In this document: positions 1 through 10,845 of the stretch, piece after piece
Layout: each line of letters begins with the position of its first letter
How positions within the stretch are numbered: position 1 is the first letter of the stretch
DNA from: an uncultured Chthonomonadaceae bacterium
GTDB lineage: Bacteria > Armatimonadota > Chthonomonadetes > Chthonomonadales > Chthonomonadaceae
Reading direction: 5' to 3'
NCBI GenBank assembly: GCA_963835065.1
Contig: CAWIEK010000049.1
Location: forward strand, 320,001 to 384,000
Length of the DNA: 64,000 nt
Translations under genes and position numbers: made by a program
Notes under the pieces: generated by a model
What the model was told of the DNA's origin: nothing
Database searches by the model: none
Seen by the model: only the letters and a program-made list of their open reading frames with translations

Positions 1-273
1 CAGTTACTTTGCAGCCTTCCTGTTCGGCAGCGTCACGCGCTCCTGCTCGGCATGAGTTCGGATGAACTGCTGCTTACGGGTACGATGAGCGACATTGCGG
101 ACTTGCTTGAACTGCCGCTTGCCGCGCTGTCTGACTGCTGGCCCGACTTGCCCTTTTCCGACACGCAGCTCGCGCAGCGCCTGGAACTCACGCCCAAGCA
201 AGTTTCCAATCTGCGCAAATGCGCCCGCCAAAAAATCGCGCGAAACCTGAAATGCGGAACCGAACAACCATGA
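1..273 (+). CDS. Sigma-70/ECF-like factor, C-terminal part (5' truncated by window)
   Basis: Frame 1 is open from base 1; C-terminal region-4-like HTH (LPFSDTQLAQRLELTPKQVSNLRKCARQKIAR); its TGA overlaps the ATG of a zinc-finger anti-sigma gene (ATGA at 270-273). Confidence 0.6.
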   Translation, partial: QLLCSLPVRQRHALLLGMSSDELLLTGTMSDIADLLELPLAALSDCWPDLPFSDTQLAQRLELTPKQVSNLRKCARQKIARNLKCGTEQP

Positions 274-1958
274 ATGCCTGCCCCACGCCGGAAACAATTG
301 CCCGCTACCGCAGCGGAACCCTCAACGACACAGAGGAGATACGCGCTTTTGACGAGCATCTGCGCGATTGCCCCACCTGCCGTAAATCATTGCGGCAGCA
401 AACCGCTTACGCCGCCATTCACCTTGCCGACAGCATCACGCCACAGCCCGATGAACCCCTGCATCCCGCAGACGCGCAAATGCTTGCTTATGTGCGCGGC
501 CAATCGGACGACGTAGAACGTGAAATCATCGCTGCTCACTTATCTTTATGCCGCCAATGCCGGGCCGATGTTGCGGAACTTACCGCTTTCCACGAGAAAA
601 TGCGTGTTTCCGGCTACGGCCATGTAGAGGAACGGCTCACCCAACCCACCCTGCGCGAACGCTGCGGAACCGCCTTCCATGCCGCTTTCCACGTCCTCAG
701 CGTACGCAGCCTGCAATCCGCATTTAGTTGGTGGAACCGCTTAACTCTGGGCTTCCGGTTGGCGCTTGGGCTTGTTCTCGGCGTCCTGACAGGCATCTTC
801 CTGCATGGGCACACAGGCAGCCTGAACGGTGTTGAAAGCGTTTTTCTCTGGCTGTTACAAAATCTTGCCACGCCCTTCATTTTTGTCGCTCTCGTCCGTA
901 CTCTCATGGATGCCGATGTCAACGGGCGTATGGCCCGCCGCCTTGCCTACCTTGCTTTATCGAACACGATTGTCGCCGTGTGCATCGGCCTGATCGTCGG
1001 CAGGGTCGCGTACCTGCGGCCTGACGAGCATTTATCAAAGCCGGGTTACGATCCCCTACTGAACAACCTGTCTGACCAGGCGCAGCGTGGACTGCTCCAG
1101 CCACTTCTTGACAACGGCATCCTTGTCGGCGTTCTGTTTGCTATCGTCATCGGATTAGCCTTGCGCATGGTACGGCAAGACGCCATAAAAGCGCAGCAGA
1201 AAGATTATCTGGTCATCAGTCTCCTGCTTGCCTCAGTCTATCGCAGCCTGACCATTATATTGGATTGGGTTATTTCTCTTGTTCCCATCGCCGTATTCGC
1301 CGTAGTTGCCCACAAGGTAGGCGAAAGAACCTGGACGGACATCCAAATCCTGGTTAAGTTCAGCGCCTACGTGGTACTTGCGCTGTGTCTGCAAACTTTG
1401 TTCTATCTGCTTCGCCTGTGGTTCCGGGCCGCCATGCCTCCGAAGCAATTTATACGCGGAGCCTGGAAAGCCGTGCTGACGGCGTTTTCCACGGCAAGTT
1501 CCGCCGCCACCTTGCCCATCACCTACACCAGCGCCCTTGAAGGCGTAGGGGTTCGGGAGCGTTCCGCCGGATTAGGCGTACTCGTCGGCACACAGCTCAA
1601 CCGAGACGGTACAGCCCTGTACGAAGCCATCACGCCCGTTTTCATTGCCCGTGCGATTGGCCTTCCTCTTGATCCGATGCAGCAGTTGACCGTATTGGGC
1701 ATGGCGATTATAGCCTCCATTGCCGCGCCCGGCGTTCCCCAGGCCGGCCTGATTACCATGATGATTGTGTTTAAGGCTATCCATCTGGATCCCGTGTACA
1801 TTGTCTGGCTGCTGCCTCTCGATTGGCTGTTGGATCGCTTCCGCACCGCCGTCAACGTCTTAGGGGCCATGACCATGACCTGCCTGCTGGACCGGCGCAA
1901 TATCCCGTATGACAGCGAGGAACATGAGGACACCTTAGAGCCTGAAATCCTCAACTGA
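270..1958 (+). CDS. Tandem zf-HC2 (ZAS) anti-sigma domains fused to a dicarboxylate/amino acid:cation symporter (DAACS)
   Basis: HLRDCPTC and HLSLCRQC (HxxxCxxC) motifs, then DAACS motifs FSTASSAATLP, NRDGTALYE, LDRFRTAVNV in one uninterrupted ORF. Confidence 0.85.
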   Translation: MNACPTPETIARYRSGTLNDTEEIRAFDEHLRDCPTCRKSLRQQTAYAAIHLADSITPQPDEPLHPADAQMLAYVRGQSDDVEREIIAAHLSLCRQCRADVAELTAFHEKMRVSGYGHVEERLTQPTLRERCGTAFHAAFHVLSVRSLQSAFSWWNRLTLGFRLALGLVLGVLTGIFLHGHTGSLNGVESVFLWLLQNLATPFIFVALVRTLMDADVNGRMARRLAYLALSNTIVAVCIGLIVGRVAYLRPDEHLSKPGYDPLLNNLSDQAQRGLLQPLLDNGILVGVLFAIVIGLALRMVRQDAIKAQQKDYLVISLLLASVYRSLTIILDWVISLVPIAVFAVVAHKVGERTWTDIQILVKFSAYVVLALCLQTLFYLLRLWFRAAMPPKQFIRGAWKAVLTAFSTASSAATLPITYTSALEGVGVRERSAGLGVLVGTQLNRDGTALYEAITPVFIARAIGLPLDPMQQLTVLGMAIIASIAAPGVPQAGLITMMIVFKAIHLDPVYIVWLLPLDWLLDRFRTAVNVLGAMTMTCLLDRRNIPYDSEEHEDTLEPEILN

Positions 1959-2058
1959 CCGTCAATGTTGAACCGTGTTCACCGTCGCTTAATGAAAACG
2001 CTGCGTCTCCGAACACCAAACACCTAATACCCAACACCCTTCTTTTAAGGAGTTTATC

Positions 2059-3507
2059 ATGGCGCACACTCCGCACGGCATACTGCCCCTCGAACCCGCA
2101 AACGGTTTTTGGGCGGCCTACAACCGAATTCCCCTCTTTGTCCGCATCCTCGTTGCCATGACGCTAGGCATTATCGCGGGCGAATTGATACCGCCCGCCA
2201 CCATGACGCAGTATGCTCCCTCCTTAAAACTGGTCAGCGACACGATCCTGCAACTGCTGAAACTGCTCGCCACGCCGCTCATCTTTATCGCCGTCGTCCA
2301 CGCCATTTATAAAGCGCAGGCCAGTGGCAAAACCGCAAGCCGTCTTGTGTTCCTGTTGATGCGCAATACAGTTGTCGCCATTTTCATCGGCCTGCTTGTC
2401 GCCAACGTTTTACAGCCGGGAAGGTGGGTACATGCCGCGCCGTCCGGCGACAAAATAGCGACGAAATCTTCCAATTTTCTGCTTGATTTGGTCGGTAAAA
2501 TCCCGGCCAATCTCGTAGACCCGCTTCAGCATAATGAGATTATCTCTATTCTCATCTTAGCGGTCGCGTTCGGCGTCGCCATGCGCCTTGTGCGCGATCA
2601 GCAAGCCCGCGACGGCAAATCCGGCATCAACACCATCGGCGATTTGCTGGATACCGCCTTCAGCATCGTCATGGTCATGTTGCACTGGATTTTCGCCATC
2701 GTGCCTCTTGCTGTCTTCACGGTTGTTACCCGGCAGGTGGGAACCAACGGCGTCAAGCCGCTCATCGGCCTACTGGGGTTTGTCATCGCGGTGGTACTGG
2801 CGCTTGCGTTGCAGGCCGGATGGTATCTCGCAAACGTCCGTTTCCAGTCATGGGTAACGCCCGGACGGTTCCTCCGCGGAGCCTCAGATGCCCTCGTGAT
2901 GGCGTTTTCAACCGCCAGTTCCGCCGCAACCCTACCCGTTACCTATGCGGCTATGAAAGATAAAATCGGGGTACGGGAGGAATCCGCCGGTTTGGGAGTG
3001 ATGGTTGGTGGCACATTCAATCACGACGGCACGGCGCTCTACGAGGCAATGGCCGCCCTGTTCGTCTGTCAGATGCTCGGACAGCATCTAAATTGGGGAG
3101 AACAAATCAAAGTAGTCATCATGTCCGTGTTCGCGTCGGTCGGCGCGGCGGGCATCCCGGAAGCGGGCTTGGTCACGATGCTGGCCGTTTTCTCCGCCGT
3201 CAACCTTCCCACCGAGTACATCGCCCTGTTGCTGCCTCTCGACTGGTTCCTCGACCGCTGCCGCACCGCCATCAACGTCATGGGCGATATGAGCGTCACC
3301 TGCATGATTGACGGCAAAATCGCCCCTCCGAGTGAGGCGACAGCCGGACTCATCTTGCAACACCGGAGATTCACGCCGAAATACTGTCACAGCATTGAAG
3401 CGCATCATCTACTCTTAGTCAATGCGTATGCCGCTGCTCCTCAGGGCTGCTTTGAAACTGAACGATCATACAACCCAATTTGCGCCTGCATGTCGTTGTA
3501 CAATTGA
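2059..3507 (+). CDS. DAACS family symporter (GltP/DctA-like); 3' tail after about 3330 doubtful
   Basis: AAGGAG RBS; FSTASSAATLP, NHDGTALYE, LDRCRTAINVMGD; tail runs into the convergent gene. Confidence 0.9.
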   Translation: MAHTPHGILPLEPANGFWAAYNRIPLFVRILVAMTLGIIAGELIPPATMTQYAPSLKLVSDTILQLLKLLATPLIFIAVVHAIYKAQASGKTASRLVFLLMRNTVVAIFIGLLVANVLQPGRWVHAAPSGDKIATKSSNFLLDLVGKIPANLVDPLQHNEIISILILAVAFGVAMRLVRDQQARDGKSGINTIGDLLDTAFSIVMVMLHWIFAIVPLAVFTVVTRQVGTNGVKPLIGLLGFVIAVVLALALQAGWYLANVRFQSWVTPGRFLRGASDALVMAFSTASSAATLPVTYAAMKDKIGVREESAGLGVMVGGTFNHDGTALYEAMAALFVCQMLGQHLNWGEQIKVVIMSVFASVGAAGIPEAGLVTMLAVFSAVNLPTEYIALLLPLDWFLDRCRTAINVMGDMSVTCMIDGKIAPPSEATAGLILQHRRFTPKYCHSIEAHHLLLVNAYAAAPQGCFETERSYNPICACMSLYN

Positions 3508-4076
3508 TCAAAGGTAACACAAAACACTTTATTAGAGTCAATTAGCACTCTATCAACTCGCCAGCGCAGTCGCTCTGCTTCACCCGGTTCCAGCAGATTG
3601 TGTCGTCCAATCAGCATCAATCCAGAGAATGTTGCATGACGCCCGAACAAGCGTTCAAATTCATTCGTCTGGCGCACATCGCTCACCTTGTAAAACCAGT
3701 CTATGATTTGACTGAAACCATGCTCAAATCGTGGTGACCAATCTCGCGTTGCCTTTTTGCCTGAGCGATCAAAGACACTTCTGGCCGAAGCGTCTTCCAC
3801 TTCAACAAGGCAGTACGCCTTGTTACTCGAATCGCCGATTACCAGGTCACAGCTAAAGTCTCCAGACAAAGACAACTCCGAAGCAACGCAATCCACTTCT
3901 ATGATGCCCGGCACATATAAGTTCGTCAGCGCCGTCAAATGTTTGCAAGCCTTGAAAAGTGGCAGCAGATGTTTGCGTTCCTCCGGTTCTGCTACCGTAT
4001 CCAGAAGCGTCTTCAATGCCTTGACTTCTTGCTGACAAGCCGTAAGATCGAAGGAGTAATGGTCTAAACTTTTCAT
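3441..4076 (-). CDS. DUF4263 / Shedu SduA-like nuclease domain protein (stand-alone)
   Basis: CDLVIGD...LVEVED...FEHGFSQIIDW...LIGR...TFDQL pattern; ATG at 4076 overlaps upstream stop. Confidence 0.75.
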   Translation of the reverse strand: MKSLDHYSFDLTACQQEVKALKTLLDTVAEPEERKHLLPLFKACKHLTALTNLYVPGIIEVDCVASELSLSGDFSCDLVIGDSSNKAYCLVEVEDASARSVFDRSGKKATRDWSPRFEHGFSQIIDWFYKVSDVRQTNEFERLFGRHATFSGLMLIGRHNLLEPGEAERLRWRVDRVLIDSNKVFCVTFDQLYNDMQAQIGLYDRSVSKQP

Positions 4077-4369
4077 CCGTTTCCACTTGTCTGCGCGGCA
4101 ATTGCTGTCTGAAACGCATCTATTCTGGCTTGAGGAATAATGTCTAACACTTCCAACCCTTCCGACGATTTTTCGAAGAAGACACGCAGACTGGGACCGA
4201 CTGGAATCATATAGATGCCCTCCGGCTTTATCCACACCTGCACATCCGGGATTTTCTCCCATTCTTCCTGCGCCTGATCCACCTTCTTGACAGCCTGCTC
4301 TATTTGTTTGCGTATCCCCGGCTTCAGTGTATTGATCTGGATATAAGCCCGGTTGGTAAAGCTGATCAT
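4073..4369 (-). CDS. Small RelE/ParE-fold-like protein
   Basis: 98 aa, GAGGAGG RBS; ISFTNRA...IYMIPVGPSLRVFF...LEVLDI resembles RelE-superfamily topology. Confidence 0.5.
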   Translation of the reverse strand: MISFTNRAYIQINTLKPGIRKQIEQAVKKVDQAQEEWEKIPDVQVWIKPEGIYMIPVGPSLRVFFEKSSEGLEVLDIIPQARIDAFQTAIAAQTSGNG

Positions 4370-4413
4370 AATGCCTCCTCTCGCCTCGTTACAAGCAATA
4401 CCTGACAATATAA

Positions 4414-4475
4414 CTCTTTCATAAGTCTGTTTGATGAGATAAGGCTTGCCGCGTTTGTAAGGACTTATGAAAGAG
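4414..4475. repeat. 14-bp inverted repeat (terminator or operator) between metH and the RelE-like gene
   Basis: CTCTTTCATAAGTC (4414-4427) and GACTTATGAAAGAG (4462-4475). Confidence 0.6.
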
Positions 4476-4534
4476 GTTTAATCAGCGCCTGACAACTTTT
4501 CCATGCTGTCAAGCGCTGCCTTGTATTGTTGACG

Positions 4535-7500
4535 TCAGCGTTCCGGGTCATAGTTCAGGTTGGGCGCGAGCCAGCGTTCTACCGTTGTCACTTCCATGCT
4601 CTTGCGCTTCGCGTAATCTTCCACTTGATCTTTTTCGATCTTGCCGACCGGGAAATACCGCGACGCGGGATGCTGAATGTAAAAGCCGGAGACGCTGCTT
4701 GCCGGGTGCATGGCGAAACTCTCGGTCAGGCAGATACCCGTCTTGTCTTCTACCGTCATCAGGTCGAAGAGCGTCCGTTTTTCCGTATGATCCGGGCAGG
4801 CGGGATAACCGGGCGCGGGACGAACGCCCCGATACCGCTCCTTGATTATGTCTTCCGTACTCAGGTTCTCGTGCCGCCCATATCCCCACTCGTCCCGAAC
4901 GATCTTATGCAGACGCTCCGCAAACGCTTCAGCCAATCTGTCCGCCAGCGCGTCCGCCATGATCGCGTTGTAATCGTCATGCTCCGCCTTGAACTTCGCC
5001 TTCAACTCGTCCACGCCGATTCCCGCCGTCACCGCAAACCCGCCAAAATGATCCGCCAGTCCCGTTTCCTTCGGCGCAATGTAATCAGCCAGGCACAAAT
5101 TTAGGGTGTTGGGTGTTGGGTGTTGGGTGTTGGGAATTGCGCTCTCCTCTTCTCCTTTTCTCCTTTTCTCCTTTTCTTCCTCTGTTCCCTGTTCCCTGTT
5201 CCCTGTTCCCTCTTTATCCATCTGCTGCCGCAGGAAGTGGAAGCGCGTCAGGACTTCGGAACGGGTTTCGTCCGTGTACAATTCCACGTCGTCGCCCACG
5301 CTGTTGGCGGGGAACAGGCCGTACACCGCCCGCGCCGTCAGCAGTTTGCCGGCTACGATCTGCTGAAGCAGCGCTCGCGCTTCCTCGTACAGTTTACGCG
5401 CCGTTTCGCCAACAACCGCGTCGTTCAGAATCGCCGGGAAGCGCCCGTGCAGTTCCCATGTATGGAAAAACGGCGTCCAGTCAATGTAGGGAACCAGTTC
5501 TTCCAGCGGGTAGTTATTCAGGACGCGAACGCCCGTAAATTCCGGCTGCGCCACATCTGCGGGCTTCCAGTCAATCGGCGTTCGGCGCTTCCGCGCTTCC
5601 GCAATCGGCAGCATCTTCTTTTCTTCGCGCCGATTCGCGTACTGCTCCCGCAAAACCTGCTGTTCCAGTTTGTTGCGCTCGATGTAATCCGGCTTCTGTT
5701 CCTCGCTTAACAGGGCGCTGACAACGCCCACCGCCCGCGACGCATCCAGCACATGTACCACTTCATGATTGTAGGAGGGCGCGATTTTGATGGCCGTATG
5801 CGCCCGGCTTGTTGTTGCGCCCCCAATCAGGAGGGGCACTTCAAACCCCCGCCGCTTCATCTCGCTCGCCACATGGATCATTTCATCCAGCGAGGGCGTA
5901 ATCAGGCCGCTCAAGCCGATAATGTCTACGTTCTCGTCCTGCGCCGTTTGCAGAATCTTTTCCGTCGAAACCATCACGCCCAGATCAATCACTTCGTAGT
6001 TGTTGCAGCCCAGCACGACGCCCACGATGTTCTTGCCGATGTCATGCACATCGCCCTTCACCGTCGCCATCAGAACCTTGCCCTGCGCCTTCACCTCGCC
6101 GCCGGACGCCCGCACCGCCGCCTTTTCCGCTTCCATAAAGGGCAGCAGCACGGCTACCGCTTTCTTCATCACCCGCGCCGATTTTACCACTTGCGGCAAA
6201 AACATCTTGCCTGCCCCGAATAAATCGCCCACAATGTTCATGCCGTCCATCAACGGCCCTTCAATCACGCTCAATGGACGGTCGTACTTCTGTCGCGCTT
6301 CCTCTACATCCGCTTCGATGTAATCGGTCACGCCCTTCACAAGCGCATGGGACAGCCGCGCCTCAACCGTTCCCAGCCGCCACTCTTCCTGCTCGGTCTT
6401 GTCCTTCTTTTTCTCGCCCTTCACCGTTTCCGCAAACGCAAGCAGGCGTTCGGTAGACTCGGCGCGGCGATTGAGAAGCACGTCCTCAACCAGTTCAAGC
6501 AAATCTTTCGGTATCTCATCGTAAACCGCCAACTGCCCCGCGTTGACAATACCCATATCCATGCCGGCCTGCACCGCATGGTACAGAAACGCGGCATGCA
6601 TGGCTTCGCGCACGGCATTGTTGCCCCGGAACGAAAACGAAATGTTGCTGACGCCGCCCGACACCTTTGCACCCGGCAAGTTCTGCTTGATCCAGCGCGT
6701 CGCTTCGATGAAGTCAACCGCGTAGTTGTTATGCTCTTCCAATCCCGTCGCAACCGTCAGGATGTTGGGATCGAAGATAATATCTTCTGCGGGAAAGCCA
6801 ATCTCTTCCGTAAGGATTTTGTACAGCCGTTCGCAAACCTCGATTTTGCGGGCGTAACTGTCCGCCTGCCCCTTCTCATCAAACGCCATCACAACCGCCG
6901 CCGCACCGTACTGCCGCACTAGCCGAGCCTGCTGCTTGAACGTTTCCAGATTCTCCTTTAGCGCCAGCGAGTTGACAATGCCCTTGCCCTGAATGCACTT
7001 CAGCCCCGCTTCAATCACGGCAAACTTGGAACTGTCAATCATAATCGGGACGCGCGAAATAGCGTCATCCGGCCCGACAAGATTGAGGAACGTGGTCATG
7101 GCCTGTTCGCCGTCCAGCAATCCCTCGTCCATGTTCACATCAATGATCTGCGCCCCATTTTCGACTTGCTGCCGCGCAACCGCCAGCGCTTCCTCATAAT
7201 TGCCCGCCAGAATCAGTTTGGCGAACTTGGGCGACCCGGTTACGTTCGTGCGCTCCCCAATGTTGACAAAGTTGGCATCCGGGCGCAGCGTTAAGGCTTC
7301 CAAACCGCTCAATCGCGTAAACGCGGGAACTTGAGGCGGAACGCGCGGCGCGTAATCTTTCACGATCTCAGCGACCCCGCGTATATAATCCGGCGTCGTG
7401 CCACAGCAGCCGCCCACGATATTCAGCCAGCCGTTCGCCGCCCAATCCCGAATAAACGGGAACATCTGCTCCGTCGTCAGGCTGAATCCCGATTCGGAAA

Positions 7501-8335
7501 GCGCGTCCGGCAGTCCGGCATTAGGATAGGCACTCAGATAAAACGGCGACAGGCGCGACAATTCTTCAATGTTGGCCCGCATCAAATCCGGCCCCACCGC
7601 GCAGTTCAGGCCGACGGACAGCAGGGGCGCGTGTGAAACGGAATTCAGCGCCGCTTCCAGCGTTTGCCCCGACAACGTGCGCCCGCCGCCCTGCGGAAAC
7701 AGCGAAATGCTGACCATTACGGGAACTTCCCGCGCTCCCTCCGCAAACAGTTTTTGTATGGCAAACAACGCCGCTTTCAAGTTCAGCGTATCAAACGTCG
7801 TTTCCGGCAGCAGCAAGTCCACCCCGCCTGCAATCAGCGCCTTCGCCTGCTCATAATAACTCGTCATCACCTGATCGAACGTAACAGCGCGGAATCCGGG
7901 GTCATTCGTGTTCGGTGATATGGAGAGGGTTCTGTTGAGTGGCCCCATGCTTCCGGCGACAAAGCGCGGACGTGAAGGATCGCGCCGCATCGCCGCTTCC
8001 ACGCATTGTCGGGCAATTTGCGCGGCTGCAGCATTCATTTCCGCCACATAATCGCTCAATTCATGGTCGGCCTGAGAAATAGCCGTTGCCGTGAACGTGT
8101 TCGTTTCGATAATATCCGCGCCCGCATCCAGATAATCATTGTGAATGCCGACGATAATATCCGGGTTCGACAGGTTCAGCACATCCGGGTTGTTTTTCAG
8201 GTCAATAGGATGGTCGGCAAACCGCTTGCCCCGGTAATCCGCTTCTTCCAGCCGCTTGCGAAACAGCAGTGCCCCCATCGAGCCATCCAGCACCAAGATG
8301 CGTTTTTGCAGCAATTCTCTTATATCCGTCACCAT
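4535..8335 (-). CDS. metH: B12-dependent methionine synthase
   Basis: [41 protein letters not shown] motifs; 1266 aa. Confidence 0.97.
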   Translation of the reverse strand: MVTDIRELLQKRILVLDGSMGALLFRKRLEEADYRGKRFADHPIDLKNNPDVLNLSNPDIIVGIHNDYLDAGADIIETNTFTATAISQADHELSDYVAEMNAAAAQIARQCVEAAMRRDPSRPRFVAGSMGPLNRTLSISPNTNDPGFRAVTFDQVMTSYYEQAKALIAGGVDLLLPETTFDTLNLKAALFAIQKLFAEGAREVPVMVSISLFPQGGGRTLSGQTLEAALNSVSHAPLLSVGLNCAVGPDLMRANIEELSRLSPFYLSAYPNAGLPDALSESGFSLTTEQMFPFIRDWAANGWLNIVGGCCGTTPDYIRGVAEIVKDYAPRVPPQVPAFTRLSGLEALTLRPDANFVNIGERTNVTGSPKFAKLILAGNYEEALAVARQQVENGAQIIDVNMDEGLLDGEQAMTTFLNLVGPDDAISRVPIMIDSSKFAVIEAGLKCIQGKGIVNSLALKENLETFKQQARLVRQYGAAAVVMAFDEKGQADSYARKIEVCERLYKILTEEIGFPAEDIIFDPNILTVATGLEEHNNYAVDFIEATRWIKQNLPGAKVSGGVSNISFSFRGNNAVREAMHAAFLYHAVQAGMDMGIVNAGQLAVYDEIPKDLLELVEDVLLNRRAESTERLLAFAETVKGEKKKDKTEQEEWRLGTVEARLSHALVKGVTDYIEADVEEARQKYDRPLSVIEGPLMDGMNIVGDLFGAGKMFLPQVVKSARVMKKAVAVLLPFMEAEKAAVRASGGEVKAQGKVLMATVKGDVHDIGKNIVGVVLGCNNYEVIDLGVMVSTEKILQTAQDENVDIIGLSGLITPSLDEMIHVASEMKRRGFEVPLLIGGATTSRAHTAIKIAPSYNHEVVHVLDASRAVGVVSALLSEEQKPDYIERNKLEQQVLREQYANRREEKKMLPIAEARKRRTPIDWKPADVAQPEFTGVRVLNNYPLEELVPYIDWTPFFHTWELHGRFPAILNDAVVGETARKLYEEARALLQQIVAGKLLTARAVYGLFPANSVGDDVELYTDETRSEVLTRFHFLRQQMDKEGTGNREQGTEEEKEKRRKGEEESAIPNTQHPTPNTLNLCLADYIAPKETGLADHFGGFAVTAGIGVDELKAKFKAEHDDYNAIMADALADRLAEAFAERLHKIVRDEWGYGRHENLSTEDIIKERYRGVRPAPGYPACPDHTEKRTLFDLMTVEDKTGICLTESFAMHPASSVSGFYIQHPASRYFPVGKIEKDQVEDYAKRKSMEVTTVERWLAPNLNYDPER
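5103..5210. repeat. Heptamer tandem repeats (GGGTGTT)n and (TGTTCCC)n in-frame in metH
   Basis: Directly visible; encode GTGNREQGT...[10 protein letters not shown]. Confidence 0.9.
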
Positions 8336-8500
8336 GCGTGTCTCTTCCTTATCGAATGTGGTGGTTGGTGATTGGCGTTCCTTATGTTCCTATGTTTGCG
8401 CGTAGGATACTTGTCATTACGTTTCCGCGAACTGCGCAGGAACCATCTGCCTCTTCAACCGCATCCAACCAATCACCAACCACCAAGCACCTGTCACCAA

Positions 8501-9282
8501 CTAAACGCCCAACTCCGCCCAAAGCAGTTCATCCAGCAACGCAGCCGGCATTTCCCTGTCCGGCAGTTCCGTCACCTGCTCACCCACGCGCAGAAGTTCG
8601 CCGTCAATAAAGCCGTCCAGCAACGTATCATGCGCTTCCGTTCCCAACTCCACCGCCTGCTTTTTGCGTTCCATGAGTTCATCCAGCCGCGTTCGCACAT
8701 CGGAACGGAAGCGCAATGCTTGCCAGCGCGTCGTGTATGGATGTTGGCGGCGGTGTCTGATGCTGCTCCATCCAGCGTATGCAGCACAAAGGCCGCAGCA
8801 CGTACAAATATTTTTTCAGCGAAACTTCCGCCTTGTTCTCAATCGAAAGCCGGTAGTTCGACTTCGCCATGCTGATGTAATGGTACGTCATGCGGCGCGG
8901 CGAAAAATGTTCCTGCGCCAGCATACGCAGCCGCGAAGCAAAGTCGCCATTCTCTCGATAGACTATGGGCGAGTGCAGCCATTCCAGCAGGGACGGGTTC
9001 GACTTGCGAAACTGCGTCAGCGCCTTCACCATATCCCACCCGTTGATGTCCAAATCCCCTTCAATGGGCAATTCGATCACATCCCGGCGTTCCTGCAAGC
9101 GGACATAATCCCGAACGCCCCGCTTGATAAACAAAGCGAACATCATAATCACTGTCCGGTGACGCAAAGCCCCACGCCCGACTGCCCAACTCCACCGCAA
9201 ACAACAGCCGCGCATCCTGTTCGCGCTCCAACCGGTCAAGTTCACCCTGTATTCTGCTGCCAACACTGTCCACTTCGCTCAT
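8501..9282 (-). pseudogene. YcgL/RlaP-like predicted nucleotidyltransferase, two frameshifts (may be sequencing errors)
   Basis: GSRAWGFASPDSDYDVRFVY in one frame, RRDVIELPI...GWD...KSNPSLLEWLHSPIVY...KKYLYVLRP in a second, LDELMERKK in a third. Confidence 0.8.
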
Positions 9283-9570
9283 TCTCACACCTTCAACGCC
9301 GACATTGTCCGCTAACAACTTACCAATTGCTTCTCCCCTCACTTCGGCAATGCCCGTCCCTTTCATTATACCAGATGCCATTTCTGGCTCTGTAATCAGG
9401 CAAGACAAGCCGTAAATCAGAAAAGTTGCACTCCCATTCACGCACCGAAATGCGGTGTAGTCCGCGCAGGCGGACTTCGTTAGCACAGCCGCGCAATTTA
9501 TTGCTACTGGCACGGGCTTTTGCGCGAACTCTGCTTACATGGCTCCATGCTTGCACGGATGCTTACATAT

Positions 9571-10731
9571 TTACGGCGCAACTTCGCGCACATAAAAGTA
9601 CATCAGGGAACCCCCGCAGGCGCGTTTTCAAAATGAGGACTTACCACGCGCCGGGAACCGCCGCCGGAAATCATCGGCGACACCGAGCAGGTAATTGCCA
9701 TCCGTCCGCAAATACGTCAATTGGGCAATGTCGCCGCCGTCGCTGTTGATAGCGCCCCAAACTCCCTTCGCCAGCCAGAACCTCTGCAAATCCGCCAGGG
9801 ACCAGCCACCTACCATCGCCAGTCCGTGCCGGAACTGAATGGCGCTGCTTGCTTCCGTATCCGGGTCTTGCACGAACAGCAGGTACAAATGCCGATTGTC
9901 ACGGCTCCATCCCAGTGACACCCGCGAAGTCTTGATATGGTCTACGATTGGGATATGCCCCGCTTCTTCCGGCGTGGAAGGCACTGGCCCTTTTAACGGC
10001 AATTGTCCCGGCAATGGAAACGACTGAACGCGGAGCGGCTTGCCCTCGCGTATCAGGCATTGCGCCCCGCCCGAAGCCCAATCAAACTCCCGCGCCAGAT
10101 CATTCTTATTCGGCAAATGTTCCGTTTTGAAGATGATGCGCCCGTTTACCGACTTGACGCCGAATGTCCAGCGATGCGATCCCGCCAGATAATGCGCCTT
10201 GCCGTTCAGCACAACGGGCGCGACGTGTTCGGCTGTCGCGCCCGCTCCATACCGCTCCGGCCCAAAAAACAAGCCATTCCACGCCGCCAGAACGCGCCCC
10301 TGCTTTTCCAGTCCAAAAGCCGCGTTCAACTGCCGCGTAATCTGCCCAACGCCCCGCTCCCAAAATCGCGCATGGTTATCGAAAGGCTTCTCATCGTCCT
10401 GATCCTGATCGAATATCTCCAATCGCAGCCGACGATTCCGCCCAAAATCAAAGTCGAACAAATCCAGTTTTGTGCCATCCGGCGACGAAGTATCCTGCCA
10501 ATGCGTTACCCCGCCCGCAAGCCCCTCTTTTAGAGAGCGCGGCCAGGGCCATGTTGTCAATACGCTCGGCACATCCTGATGAACAACCACACCGGCGCTT
10601 TGCGTAACAGGCGCTGACGTTCTCCGCATTCGCAGTTTGCCAACCAGGAACGCGCTCGCCGCCATCATGCACAATGCTGCGACAATCCACAAATGTTGCC
10701 GATGTTTCCGCAGTACCATGCCAGTCACCAT
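9571..10731 (-). CDS. Membrane-anchored phosphodiester glycosidase (DUF2233)-like protein, 3' end apparently frameshifted
   Basis: N-terminal TM; SRVSLG and AINSDGG motifs; plausible continuation (..GGSLMYFYVREVAP*) needs indels near 9685 and in the C5 run at 9611. Confidence 0.5.
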
Positions 10732-10845
10732 ACCCCGGTACGTCCTATCGCATGAAGATAAACAGCCTATGTGCGTTCATGCGCGTTCATTCGCGGCTAC
10801 TTCCGATTCATGGAACAAGGTTGTGGGCTGCTCTCATATAGCCGC

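Noticed and set aside
3330..3507. C-terminal extension of the second DAACS overlapping the nuclease gene
   Set aside because: Homology ends near 3330; the tail is probably read-through after an insertion or indel
8336..8500. SAM or cobalamin riboswitch upstream of metH
   Set aside because: No conserved core recognised; only inverted heptamer arrays; an Rfam scan would settle it
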